Assembly: GCA_024679065.1 (NCBI GenBank)
Contig: JAGIQG010000023.1
Coordinates: 26,536,001 to 26,600,000, forward strand
DNA from: Sphyrna mokarran
Lineage: Eukaryota
DNA: 64,000 nucleotides
Direction of reading: 5' to 3'
Shown here: piece by piece, positions 1 to 12,257 of the stretch
Position numbering within the stretch: position 1 is the first letter of the stretch
How the letters are laid out: each line of letters opens with the position of its first letter
Translations under genes and position numbers: made by a program
The notes under the pieces: generated by a model
What the model was told of the DNA's origin: nothing
What the model saw: only the letters and a program-made list of their open reading frames with translations
Database searches by the model: none

Positions 1-1394
1 AGCACTGTGCCACCATGCCAACCATAGAATTGTGAGAGAAATCATTTTTGACCAGTACCATTAGTATATAAAACAGTAAGATTACAAACTTCACATGATA
101 TATTTAGGCTCAAGACTCCATTTCCTGCCATCATTAATTGATTCACAGATACAGCTCCTTGAACCTAGGAAGATCTATTCAGTTAATGGAAAATAATGTG
201 AAGTTATCCAAACTTGAGATGCATTCTAGTAAAATGGGTTGGGTTTAGTGTTCCTGACATGGGTCCCATGATGTAGCCCCATGACATGGGTCCCATCCAT
301 CGGTTAGAGGACAGTTGGGAGATTTGCATTGTTTTAGTAGAGGTGGCCAAATTAAGTTAAGTATCTGTTAGGCACTTAAGTGCCTAGCATCATGTCTTCC
401 CTGGGATTTGTGACCCTAGCAGCAGAAATCCCACTCACAGAGAGCACCCAGCTAATCAAAAGCTGGGCAGCTGTCTAACCCAGGCAGTGCCACCTAGAGT
501 GGTGGCTACTGCCAGTATTAGAATGAGTCTTCATTAGAGATGATTGTCTGGAGAATGTCTCGGTGGGTTGGGGATTTTTTGGTGGGAATCGCTGGCAAGA
601 GGTGTGAGAAAGTGCAAGGGCAGGAGGGTGGCAATCTGTGGCATTCCCTTCCCTTTTTCTCTCCATAAATGCCTTGGGAAGAGTGATCTCCTGCCCGTCC
701 TGAGAGGCCACTGGCAACACTACCACACATGGGAGAATCCACGAGGCACCTCTAAATTCCAGTGGGCTCAGGGATAATGACTTTTAAGTGGCACATTAAT
801 GAGTCTAATTAGCCGCAGGACGGGTTTCACTTGTCAACCCCATTCATGATGAAGCTGAGTTTTCCTATCAGTGGCAATGGGATGAGAGGCATCTCCACTT
901 GCTTAGCTCCATTAAATCCAACTCAATACGTCATCTGGGTAATTGAAGATTGGAGCAGAAATCTGGAATAGGGACAAGAAAGTATTAATGCATTATCAAA
1001 TACTGTCTGTCCTCCTTTGATATTAGAATCATGACACAAGCTTGAAGTTGATTTGGACAATCAGCTTCCATATAAAGCATTTTTTTTTTGAATTGCATTA
1101 TGTCAGGCATTCAATTTATTTATGTTTCTCAGCAACTGTACAGCTGCCAGTGAGAGGAGCTCATGTTCTGCAACAGGAAAACTTGAGCAAAATTCTGATT
1201 TGGCCATTCATCTTAAAACCACTTTCTCTTGTGGGCAGGTAGCAAGAATATACTAGTTGCAATATGTTCTTGCTTAAAGGTTATTTTAGTGCTGTTTTAC
1301 AAATCTTTCCATAAGAGCTGCCATTCTCTTCTGTATTTCCTGCGTTGATTCAAATTCCTCAACACATTCTATGACAGTATCTTTGATCATTATT

Positions 1395-1710
1395 GGGATG
1401 ACACAGTGGCACAGTGGTTAGCATTGCTGCCTCATAACATCAAGGACCAGGATTCAATTCCGGTCTTGGGTCACTGTTTATGTGGAGGCTGCATATTCTC
1501 CGTGAGTTGCATGATTTCCTCCAAGTATTCTGGTTTCCTCCCACAGTCCAAAGATGTGAGGGTTAGGTTGATTGGCCATGCTAAATTGACCCTAGTATTA
1601 GGTTGGTGAATGTGTGGGGTTATGGAAATAGGGCCTGGGTGAGATCGTGGTTGGTGTGTTTTGATGGGCTGAATGGCTTCCTTCTGCTTTGTAGGGATTC
1701 TATGATTATG
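1395..1710 (+). mobile_element. HE1-type V-SINE, full length
   Basis: tRNA-like head (tggcacagtggttagc, ggattcaattcc), V-domain (tttcctcc...ggtttcctcccacagtccaaagatgtg), CR1-like tail gggattctatg. Confidence 0.85.
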
Positions 1711-2209
1711 CCACTTCTGGCAACCAATAATTTAATTTTTAACATGTCATGAGTAGCTTGTAACTGACAACCTTGAGTGGACAGTCAAAAAAATGGTTTG
1801 GATGATAAAAGTTAGGGATTTAGGCAGGAACAACAAACTTGACTCTCTTAGCCCTCTAGTTCCTGACATTTAAAAGATGATTAAAACTCATTTATATTGC
1901 ACTAACATTTTTGCTCCATTTTTGTCTCTTTTTTTTTATTGCACCATACACTTGCATGAAGAAATTGCACTTGCTCCTAGGGACCTGATCCTTGCCTAAT
2001 GGGTGACACAGAAGTCTCAAATGTCTGTTCCAGTTAATCAGAAGGAAAGTGGGAAACTTTGCCAGCTTTATGCTTTTAAAAATTGCTGTTATGGAGCAAT
2101 GCTTATAAAACCCGGCAAATTCTGCACTTTCCCCTTTTTCCAGTTGCAGTAGAAGCATCTGAGGACACTTGCAATAACCTGGTCTAATGTCCCTGATCCT
2201 GGATGTTGG

Positions 2210-2256
2210 GTAGGATTTCTTAGCGTGCTTACCCCGGTCCAATGCTGCATCTCCAC
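2210..2256. mobile_element. 47-bp Penelope-like element terminal fragment with 14-bp TSD
   Basis: atcctggatgttgg at 2196-2209 and 2257-2270; insert shares cttaccccggtccaa...gcatctccac with the 42402, 53599 and 62642 inserts. Confidence 0.6.
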
Positions 2257-3642
2257 ATCCTGGATGTTGGCACAGGATCAGGAGAACAGACATTGACTGG
2301 ATAGAAACTCTGCCCTGCCCCATTCTGGAAACATCGCCTGAGTGATTTATGAATGCTAAACCTCAGAAATAATTTTGACTTTTTTCATGCGCCAGCGCCA
2401 GCTGAAGCATTTGGCTGCATCTTAATTTGCACAATTAAAATATGTAATAATTATACAGCTTTTCATTCGTTCATACTGAAGGATGAAATCCTAAACATGA
2501 GTGGAAAGTGTCAGACATTAGAAATGCAATACGACTTTGTGAAAATGTAAATTATTAAAAGCCTCTATTTGAGATTTATATAAAAAAAGTTAACATTGTT
2601 CTAAAATGCTTACTTTCAAATCTCTTGTAAAGTGTTGGTGACACAGATTTATGGATCACTTGTCTGTTCAACCACAGTACTTTTGTCACATCCCTTACAA
2701 TTGCAGTCTTTCTATTAAAGTGTGAAAGAATGGGAATGCTTTGTAGAAAATGCCTGTTTGAATTGATTGCCTTAAAATAGCATGCCATGATGAGTAGGGA
2801 TATAATGGGGCTATGTTCTCTGTAGCTGTCCATTGAGATACTTTGGCAGTGATTATCCACTAACTAGCTCTAGCTTTTTTGTGTTACTGTTCAAAGTCCA
2901 TTTAATGTAGGTTTACAAGTATCATGCCATTATTGTGTGTAACTTAAAATGCCCACTCTTTTATATGAACTGAGAGAGGTATCATGTTGCAGACCTACCA
3001 ATTACCTTTTTACTTGTTATTTCACATTGGCGATTATATAGATTTCTCACTTATCAAAGCTAAGAGCTGTACACAATCAGACTATTAAGGTAATGGCTAG
3101 ATTTACCAACAGATAATTATACAAAAGCGTGAGGTTATATTAGATAAACTGTATTACAATAATTAATTTACATGATTTTCACAAAATTTAAATTGTCTGG
3201 AGATGTATTCATTTCCAGTTTTAGCACTATTTGTCAGAATTATGAATGCTAATTTATATTCCAGAATTCTGCTGTGCTCTACAAGTGTTCCTCTCTTTAT
3301 GTGGAAATGCTGGGAAAACCCCAATCATTAAACAATGCTGTTGGCCTTTCAAAACCAAGCTTTGACACTCTCCTAAGTAGCAGATATTCATGTTGTAAAT
3401 CAGTCCTACTGTTTGGATAGATAGAACCTTCACAGTAACTCCTTGGCTGTCTATTCAATTGAATGTTCCTGACATTTGGCCAAGGATCTGAATAATGCAC
3501 ATTGGAATCCTGATTTTCTTGAAACTGCTTTGATAATAAACAGTGGTGGAAGGACATTTTCTAATTTGTCACATTTGATGCTATTACTTTAATATCTTGC
3601 TGTCACGTACTGTGTTTGATGTAAATGTGTTTAAGTAATAAA

Positions 3643-3966
3643 GGGATGGCATGGTGACACATTGGTTAGCACTGCTGCCTCACAATGCCAGGATCTGGGT
3701 TCGATTCCCAGGCTTAGATCACTGTGTAGAGTTTGCACTGTCCCCATATCTGTGTTGTTTTCCTCCGGGTACTCTGGTTTCTTCCCACAGTCCAAAGATG
3801 TGCGGGTTAGATGGATTGACCATGCTAAATTGCCTCTTAATGTCAGGGGGACTAGCTAGAATAAATGCATGGGGTTATGGGAATAAGGCCTGCGTGGGAT
3901 TGTGGTCAGTGCAGACTCAATAGGCCATATGGTCTCGTGCTGCATTGTAGAATTCTATGATTCTAT
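3643..3966 (+). mobile_element. HE1-type V-SINE
   Basis: same head / V-domain / attctatg tail as other copies. Confidence 0.85.
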
Positions 3967-3990
3967 TGTCTTTGTACAATGCTTGCACAA

Positions 3991-4360
3991 TTTATTTTCT
4001 TTTTTTGGGTTATGGGCATGTCTGGCTGGGCCAGCATTTATTGTCCATCCCTAATTGCCCTTGAACCAAATGGTTTGCTGGGCCATTTCAGAAGGACAGT
4101 TGAGAGTCAATCACACTGTTATGGGCTCGAGTTATGTGTAGGCTAGACCAGGTAAAGATGGCAGATTCCCTTCCGTAAAAAACATTAGTGAACTAGACGA
4201 GTCTTTACGAAAATTGACAATGGTCATCATTAGATTTTAAATTCCAGATTTTTTTTTACTGAATTCAAATTTCACCACCTGCAGTGGTGAGATTTGAACC
4301 CGTGTCCCCAGAGCTTCTGTCTCTGGATTACTAGTCCAGCAATAATGCCACTACCTCCCC
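3991..4360 (-). mobile_element. second tRNA-derived SINE family (non-HE1)
   Basis: reverse strand: gggaggtagtggc...gggttcaaatc box-B-like head, tail caattagggatggacaataaatgctgg plus A-rich end; homologous copy at 42331-42842. Confidence 0.7.
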
Positions 4361-5092
4361 TTTACAATGACAGGTTCCCTAGTTGTCTGCAGCTTGTAGC
4401 CTCACTGAAATAAAAATGGTTTCAGTGCATTTTCGGAACTATTTTTTGAAGGACTGCTCAATATTGGTGCAAAATTCACTCAGAGAACTATGGACATCAC
4501 AGAACCTGACTTTCATATTAACAGTGGCTTCCTGCCTGAAGCAAATAGGTACATGGATACTCACTTAGAGGCCTCTATTAGGATGGTAATGACTGGAAAG
4601 TCATTGAACAAATGGCCCAACACCTTTTCAGGTCACTGAACACTGGTTAGATCAGACATATCAACCACAAAGGAAAGTAACTTACATTATCATAGACTGA
4701 TTGTTGCTGACTGAAATCTCATGACAGAAATCAAATGGATAAGCAAGCATTACCAACTGCAGAGATATGGAAAATAACAGGATTTATCTCACCGACTTAA
4801 TTCTGAAAGGCTGTCAGTCCCATTTTGAAAATTTAAATGTGGATATACTGTTGATCACACATGTCCAAATACAAGTCAGGAGTTAGGATGGATCAGGATT
4901 TCTCTTGAATTTGGCTCATGAAGTGAGTAATTTTGTAGCTCAGTCACATTGTAAACCAACTCTATTATTTTAAGTTACAGAAGAAACACTAACTCAATTT
5001 TAGAAGGTCCTGATAAGTTTACTGGATGAATCTTGTCTCAAAAATGAAATTATTTTACCAAAAATGATCACTTCCTTTTCATTAATGTAGTA

Positions 5093-5248
5093 TCCAAAGA
5101 AGTATAGATTAGGAGGGTTAGTGGGGTAAATATGTGGGGTTATGGGGAGAGGGCAGGGGTGGCCCTTGATAAGCTGCTCCTTTGGAGTTGGTGCAGACTT
5201 GATGGGCCAAATAGCCTCCTCCTTTACTGTGGGGATTTTATGTTCTCT
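5093..5248 (+). mobile_element. HE1 SINE 3' half
   Basis: ccaaaga...ggggttatgggga...gatgggccaaatagcctcc tail. Confidence 0.7.
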
Positions 5249-5622
5249 GACCTTGAATGGTTTTCACTTTCAAATGCACCAGTGACCTTGCACTGTGCAT
5301 CAGAAAGGAAAACGAGCACAGCAACATTCAAAAGAATATGCTTATAAGGTTGCTAAGACATTGATTTGTTAGTTCAAATCAATAATTAGGAAAGGTTAGT
5401 AGTGGTCAACAGTAACACACAATGGATCATTATAAAGTGATGTATTAGTTAATAGGAACGTTACCTGTTGCTCCTTGCTGTGTTTTCCTGAAATAGATAA
5501 CTTAAGCTTTTAATTTCAGATGACGACTGTTAGCACTACTTATTAAATGTTTATTGGAAACACTAACATTTTAAGTAAATATTCCTCTGTTCTCTGAACT
5601 CCTGTTTGTTTTCCACTTTCAG

Positions 5623-5781
5623 CTGCTGCACATGAAAAGCAACAAATACTTGACTGTGAATAAGCGGTTACCAGCTCTGTTGGAGAAGAATGCCATGAGA
5701 GTCACTCTGGACGGCACAGGGAATGAAGGCTCCTGGTTATTCATTCAGCCATTTTGGAAGCTAAGAAGTAATGGGGACAAT
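5623..5781 (+). CDS. ITPR3: IP3 receptor type 3, coding exon (approx. exon 5; suppressor domain)
   Basis: ttccactttcag acceptor, gtaaga donor; 159 nt = [53 protein letters not shown], near-identical to recalled ITPR3. Confidence 0.96.
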
Positions 5782-6092
5782 GTAAGAATTTATCAATAGT
5801 AGCCTAAAATTGCCTGCCGTTCTTGAAGACAATTGAAGTGGAAGATAAATAACTGGTATTCATTACATTTTAATGTGCCAAAACAATCTACTATTCCAGG
5901 ACCTTCTTGGAATGTAAAAGTAGCCTCCAGCTTGTTTTTCCCAGTATAAAGTGTCTCTAGTCTCTTCCTCCTTCACTGCCCACAACAGGTCTATCGAGTT
6001 CATGGACTATTTCATCAAAAGATTGAGACCTTCCATTCATTCACTTCGTCTCCCCTTTTCCTTCTTGCCACTCAAACCACGCTTTCCTCATT

Positions 6093-6414
6093 GAATCGTA
6101 GAAATCCTATAGTGCAGAAGGCCATTCAGCCCATTGAGTCTGCATGGACAACAATCCCGCCCCAGACCCTGTCTCCACAACCCCACACGTTACCTCACCA
6201 ATCTGTCTAACCTTCATATCCTGGGACAATATGACCACTCAACCTAACCCCCACATCTCTGGAGTGTGGGAAGAAACCGGAGCACCTGGAGGAAACCCAT
6301 GCAGACACAGGATGAATGTGCAAACTTCACACAGACCGTGACCCAAGCCCGGAATCGAACCCAGGTCCCTGGTGCTGTGAGGTAGCACAGTTAAACGACT
6401 GTGCTTCCATGCCA
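6093..6414 (-). mobile_element. HE1-type V-SINE
   Basis: ggaaaccggagcacctggaggaaacccatgcagacac...ggaatcgaaccc. Confidence 0.85.
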
Positions 6415-7416
6415 CTCTAGGCTGTCCACTGCTATATTCATAATCTGTTTCTTTCTCAGTTGTTCTTCTTTCTCTGCCATTTCTAAGCTTGATGTGTTCC
6501 TCAGATCCATTGCCTTCTCTCTTGATCCTAAATCACTATAATGCTGGCTATCTTATCTCCTGTCCTGGGCACCATGCTAGTTTCCTCCCTGAAGTCTATC
6601 TCCCTTTCATTAGACCCTCCTCTAAAAGCTTTACTCTTGTAAACTATTACCTTGCTGCTGACCTCTCTCTCTTCTCAAGTCTGTGAATATAGTTGTTGTT
6701 TTCTTCAGAAACAGCTCTAGACAACGTCACAATGCCTTGTCTGACTGTAGCCATAGTAGCTTTTCCTTCGCCATCCTTCTCCATGTCCCTTTGTCATCAT
6801 TACCCCATTATCCTCCTTCAAATCCTCTCCTCCAATTACCTGGTTTATGGAATTACCCTGGCTTGGTTCTACTCCTACCTGTCCTATTGTATCCAGAGAA
6901 TCTCAGGCAATGACTTCCCACCATGTTAGTTACCTTTGGAATCACCTTCAAAGATCGATCCTTGGTTCTTTGTTACCTACACGCTGCTACTAAGCTATCT
7001 GCATCAGGTCCCTCTCCACCACCTCACCTGGTTTCTCCATTGACTCTGTGCCCATGGATTATTTTGTCAAACATCCAGAAATGTAAGTTCCTCCAGTTAA
7101 ACAAATCTAGACCAAAGTCATTGTCATGGCTCTCCAGCTTAAATTCCCTGTGCTCCTCACTAATTCTGTTCCCTTTTCTCAGTAACTGTCTACAGTTACA
7201 TCAGCCTGTTCACAAACTTGGCATCGTGTTCAACATCATGTTAGGCTTCCAATCCTATGCCATCACCATAACAAAGCCAATTTACGTTTAGCTCCATGAA
7301 TTTGTTTGCCTCTCCCCCTGTCTCAGCCTACTTGGTGCCAAAACTCTCACCCGTGACCTTTTCACTTCCGGACTTGGATATTCCAGTGCCCTGCTGGACA
7401 GCCTTCTGTCCTCCAG

Positions 7417-8113
7417 ATCTGGAGGATCAGAAGGACCTTGGGGTCTGGGTCCATAGGATCTTAAATCGGTCTTGCAGGTGGAGGATGTGGTCAAGAAGGC
7501 ATATGGTGTGTTAGCCTTCATTAATCAAGGGATTGAGTTAGGAGTCGGGAGATAATGCTGCAACTTTATCTCACCCTTGTCAGACCCCACTTGGAGTACT
7601 ATGTGAGGTTCTAGTCGCCTCACTACAAGAAGAATGTGGTAGCTATTGAAAGGGTGCAGAGAAGATTTACAAGAATGTTGCCTGGATTGGGTGGCATGCC
7701 TTATGAGAAGAGATCAAGGGAGCTCAGTCTTTTCTCCCTGGAGAGACAAAGGATGAAAGGTGACCTGATAGAGGTTTATAAGATGTTGAGAAGTATAGAT
7801 AGGGTGAATTCTCGGAGGCTATTTCCCAGGGCTGAAATGGTCGCTACAAGAGGACACAGTTTTAAGGTGCTGGGGAGTAGGTACAGAAGAGATGTCAGGG
7901 GTAAGTTTTTCACACAGAGGGTGGTGAGTGAGTGGAATCGGCTGCCATCAGTGGTGATGGAGGCAAACTTGCTGGGGTCTTTTAAGAGACTTCTAGATGA
8001 GTACATGGGATTTAATGGGATTGAGGGTTATAGTTAGGTCTGATAGGGATGGAATATGCTTGACTCAACTTGTGGGTTGAAGGGCCTGTTTGTGCTGTAG
8101 TGTTCTATGTTCT
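7417..8113 (+). mobile_element. CR1 (HER1-like) LINE, 5'-truncated 3' end
   Basis: ORF 7636-8037 ERVQRRFTRMLPGL...FFTQRVV..WN.LP is CR1 ORF2 C-terminus; (gttctat)n tail. Confidence 0.92.
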
Positions 8114-8933
8114 TCACATTATAAGTTTCAGCTTATCTTCAGTTGTGTTAACCGTATCCCATCTTGCACCGTGTCCCACTTAGCTATTTCCCTAAGCCCT
8201 TTGTTCCTGCCATGGCTTCAATACTTCCAATTCAAAATTTTTATCCTTATATTTAAAACCATTCATTGTCTTTACCCCCTGTCTGTGTAGCTTCCTCCAT
8301 CTCTACAAGGACTCTCTACTCTCCCAATGCTAGCCTCCTGTGTCTTACCATTTTGTATTTTCATTAGTAGTTGTGCCTTCAACTGTCGCACTCTGAAATA
8401 CTCTTCTTAATCCTTTCTTTCTCTCCATCTTCTCCTCCTTTAAGTCCCTGCCTTTTAAACAAGCTTCTGGCTTTTCCCTGCTTTGATGCAGGATCCATTC
8501 ATGGGGATTTTATTACATCATTGTGTCCTTACCTCTTTGAGATCTCAGATCACTGTTGTCAAAAGACAAAAACATCAGAAAGAAAGACTATAGGGAAAAG
8601 ATGAGAGGACAAAAAAGGAGGAAGAGAGAGAGAAAAAAATAAAGAAGGAAGAAAATTGAAAAGAGAGGATCAGGGCAATAAACAATGGTATCCACCAAGT
8701 GTGGGAGGAGATGGAAAGTTACTCCCTCTATTGTAGTAACAGCAGCACCTATTTTGTCAGCTTCACAAATCAGTGCAAGTTAAGAGTTCATTTCATACCA
8801 GGTTCACTATCAACAGAAGTAAACAATGCAGAACTTTGCTTTGAGGCAGAACTTCTTTAAATTGATAAATAAGTTTATGTCAAGAATGTGATGATTTCAA
8901 AATCTATTTTGTGTGTCTGAAATCAAGTTTGTT

Positions 8934-9230
8934 GTGGCATAGTGGTTAGCACTGTTACCTCACAGTGCCAGGGACTCAGGGTCGATTCCCAGGTTGGGTC
9001 ACTACTTGTGTGGAGTTTGCATGTTCTTCCCATGTCTGCACGGGTTATGTGCATGTGCTCCAGTATCCTCCCTTCCAAAAGACATGCTGGTTGGGTGCTT
9101 TGGCTATGCTAAGTTCTGCATCAGTGTGCCCAAAGCCACCAAAGTGTGGCAATTAAGGGATTTTCACAATAACTTCACTGCAGTGTTAGTGTAAGCCGAC
9201 TTGTGACATGAATAAATAAACTTAAAAAAA
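8934..9230 (+). mobile_element. V-SINE variant with alternative 3' tail
   Basis: HE1-like head and V-domain, then ggattttcacaataacttcactgcagtgttagtgtaagccgacttgtgac...aataaataaac tail. Confidence 0.75.
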
Positions 9231-9404
9231 ACCTGTTTTGCTAATGGTGTTCAATGATCATATCATGATATCATGATTTTTGAAATTTTGTGGTGCCAAA
9301 TACGGTTTCAAAATATAAGGGCTACATTGTGGCCAGCTGGTTTTAATATTACTGCAATGATATTTTGATTGTATTTCTACCAACATGCGAATGCTGTGTT
9401 TCAG

Positions 9405-9503
9405 GTGGTGGTTGGAGACAAGGTCATATTAAATCCAGTCAACGCTGGACAGCCGTTACATGCAAGCAATTATGAGCTCCTTGACAACGCTGGCTGTCAG
9501 GAG
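9405..9503 (+). CDS. ITPR3: ITPR3 exon (approx. 6)
   Basis: tttcag / gtaagg; 99 nt = [33 protein letters not shown]. Confidence 0.96.
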
Positions 9504-9696
9504 GTAAGGATTCAATGAGAGGAAGGGAATAGCAGTGAATGTGAGAGAAATAATGGAAGGAAGAGAATAGCAAAGATTCTTGGCGAATGATGGAGAGAAA
9601 AGAAAAGGTTCAGGGCGATGAGAAAAAACAGGGAAGGAGGATCTAAAAGGGATTTAAGGAAAGAAAAACAAAGAGCAGAGAAGATCAAGGAAAATG

Positions 9697-9845
9697 GGTC
9701 TTTTTAGGGTCGTTTAAGAGACTTTTGGATAAGTACATGGGATTTAGTAAGATAGAGGGTTATAGGTAAACCTAATAGGTAGGGACATGTGCGGCGCAAT
9801 TTGTGGGCCGAAGGGCCTGTTTGTGCTGTAGTTTTTCTATGTTCT
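9697..9845 (+). mobile_element. CR1 3' terminal fragment
   Basis: tttaagagacttttggataagtacatggga...gggccgaagggcctgtttgtgctgtag...ctatgttct. Confidence 0.85.
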
Positions 9846-10208
9846 GCCTTCTAAATGCAGATGAGTATCCACACAGATGGGAGCTAGGCAGATTTAGCAT
9901 CCTGTGGTTGCATTTCTTCATGCTTTGCCAGTTTCATGTAAGATTGTATATCATATATCATTATTCCAAGAAAGAAAAGAAGATGAAAGATCCTATCCAT
10001 CCGATGAAATGATTAGAAGTATTTCTATACAAACATGACATGTATTTGAGAGCGGAGGTAACTTGAATTCTACTTCTGTTGACACACAATAATTAAAATT
10101 AATGCAAAATCACTTGTGGTAGTAGGCATTCAATAGGTTATCTGTAGCAAGCAGCTAATGGTTTTCTTTTCAATGCTATTCCATTAATTCTTTAATTTTC
10201 AATGCTAG

Positions 10209-10292
10209 GTAAACTCCGTGAACTGCAACACAAGCTGGAAGATTAATCTCTTCATGAAGTACAGTGACTACATGGAAGATGTTTTGAAAGGG
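10209..10292 (+). CDS. ITPR3: ITPR3 exon (approx. 7)
   Basis: tgctag / gtatga; 84 nt = VNSVNCNTSWKINLFMKYSDYMEDVLKG. Confidence 0.95.
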
Positions 10293-10544
10293 GTATGAAT
10301 TATTTTAAAGTTGTTGGAAAAACATATTGCTGAAGAATCATTTTTGATAGTGCACTGCTCTTTTGGATAATGAGTACTGAGGTTCAGGTGGAGGGATAAC
10401 CTACAAGTCCACTTTTTTTTTCATGCAGATATTTATTTTAATCTTTATTTGAAGCAGGTGATACAGAGCTGTGGGGAAGGAGTTGTGGTATTAGTTTTAG
10501 TTTGATCTAGGGAAAAGGCAATGGAGCTTTCTACACTGCAAGGG

Positions 10545-11170
10545 CCTAAACACAACACAGGAATCAGGAACAGGTAATTTGGCTTTTTGAGCTTCGTCCA
10601 CCATTTAATAAAATCATGGCTGATACGATTGTGGCCTCAACTTCACTTTCCTGCCTGTTCCCCATAACCTGGATTCCCATTTTGATCAAAAATCTGCCCC
10701 ACTCAGTCTTGAATAAATCCAATGAGCCAGCTTCCATTGCTGTTTAGCAGAGTGAATTCCATAGATTAACGAATCGTGGTAGGTGGAGCGGACAATGCAA
10801 AGGTCCATTGATTTCGGGTGAATATTTTTGGCCTTGGGACAAGTGTGGTCGGAAAATTCTTCCCTCTGAAAGAAAAAAAGTTCTCGTCATCTCAGTCTTA
10901 ATTGGATGAATCCTAATTTTTAAATTGTGTCACTAGTTCTAGATTTCCCACAAGAGTGAACTTCTTCTCAGCATCCACCTGGCAAGTCCCATCAGAATCT
11001 TATAAATTTCAATAAGATTATCTCTCATTCTTCTGAACTGCAGTGAATAGAGGCTCAAACTTTCCTCATACAACAAGCCATAATCCTAGGAATCAACAGA
11101 GTGCACCTTCTCTGAAATACTTCTCGTGAAGTTATATTCTTCCTTAAATCAGGAGATCAAAATTCTACAT
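10545..11170 (-). mobile_element. old CR1 3' fragment with a short MITE-like insert (about 10775-10865)
   Basis: reverse-strand decayed ORF2 end and 3' UTR similar to the 23408-24782 and 50848-51890 copies. Confidence 0.7.
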
Positions 11171-12257
11171 TGGAGCTTATGAAATTTTAGCCTGGAGTTC
11201 TGATTGATAGAAGTTGTTGTTAAGTTTGTGATGAGTGTGTGATACATTGAGCTGTGGCAAAGACCAGTGGTGCAGTTACTTAGGATGTGGTGCATTCACT
11301 GACTTTGATTGCTTGCCTGAGATAATTGAAGCTTTTGTGGTATTCAAGTGTTTGAGGTTTGCTGCTTGGAATTGACCTCCATGGTTGCCTCTGAATATGT
11401 ATCTGGCCCCCAGTCAACACAGGACATCTATCCTGTCTGTTACCTTCTTCACCAACGCATCCAGTGCAGGATTCAAGAGCCCCTTTGAAATCATGGTGTG
11501 CCGTTCTTCAGTATTTTTCAGTTACTTCCTCTATGACCACAAGCACCTGCTCCAGCCATAATGTACCTCTCCTTTTAATATGTACAAGCTTGTTTCAAGT
11601 GGTGCAGGCTGTGGTTCTAGCCATTCCCCATACTGACACCTTGCTCATTCAGAAAAACATTCAAGAGGGAACTTAACACTATCTGGATGCTGAAATAATT
11701 GAAATAAGCAGATAACACAAAGCTGGTGTGTTGTCTTCATTGCAGGTGTAAGTAAATAGTGCATCATGGGGGCACTTGGATTTAGCTTTCAGGGAGTTTT
11801 CCAATAGATCCTAAATAGAAAAATGTGATTATTTCCAGGGTTATAATCCATTTTTTAATTCATTAGCCTCTAAAGATTTTAAGATTGTTTAAGTGTTTAT
11901 GAATAGCAAGGCAGGAATTCTATATAAGAATAATGGGCACTAAGAATAGCTTTCAATGGAATTTAAGCCAAACAGTTCTTTTGCATATTCAGTTCTTGTT
12001 CATACATTTTGTGTTGTAAGCATCAAGTTGGTTTTTGAGGAAAATGGAATGTGCTAAATTCGTTGTTGGACCGGTTTATCAATGTCGTTAACATTTCATT
12101 TAGTTGCTAAGAATTTGGACGTACATTTAACTTGTCATTTGATACACCTTCAATATTTCCTGTTCTTCTATTGCAGTTTCATTTGGCACAGACTGGCATT
12201 ATTAAACACATTTGTACCCTGGAGCTTGGCACATATAGGATGCTAAGAATTTTGGCC

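Larger units (their letters stand above)
5880..8460 (+). mobile_element. old degenerate L2-like LINE interrupted by HE1 (6093-6414) and CR1 (7417-8113)
   Basis: CT-rich decayed RT-like sequence; remnants such as LAWFYSYLS, KLGIVF, PWL..FKIFILIFKTIH typical of L2 ORF2 C-terminus. Confidence 0.6.

Noticed and set aside
1395-1470. tRNA genes suggested by A-box/B-box motifs (many sites)
   Set aside because: All are SINE heads continuing into V-domain or SINE body; none is an independent tRNA.
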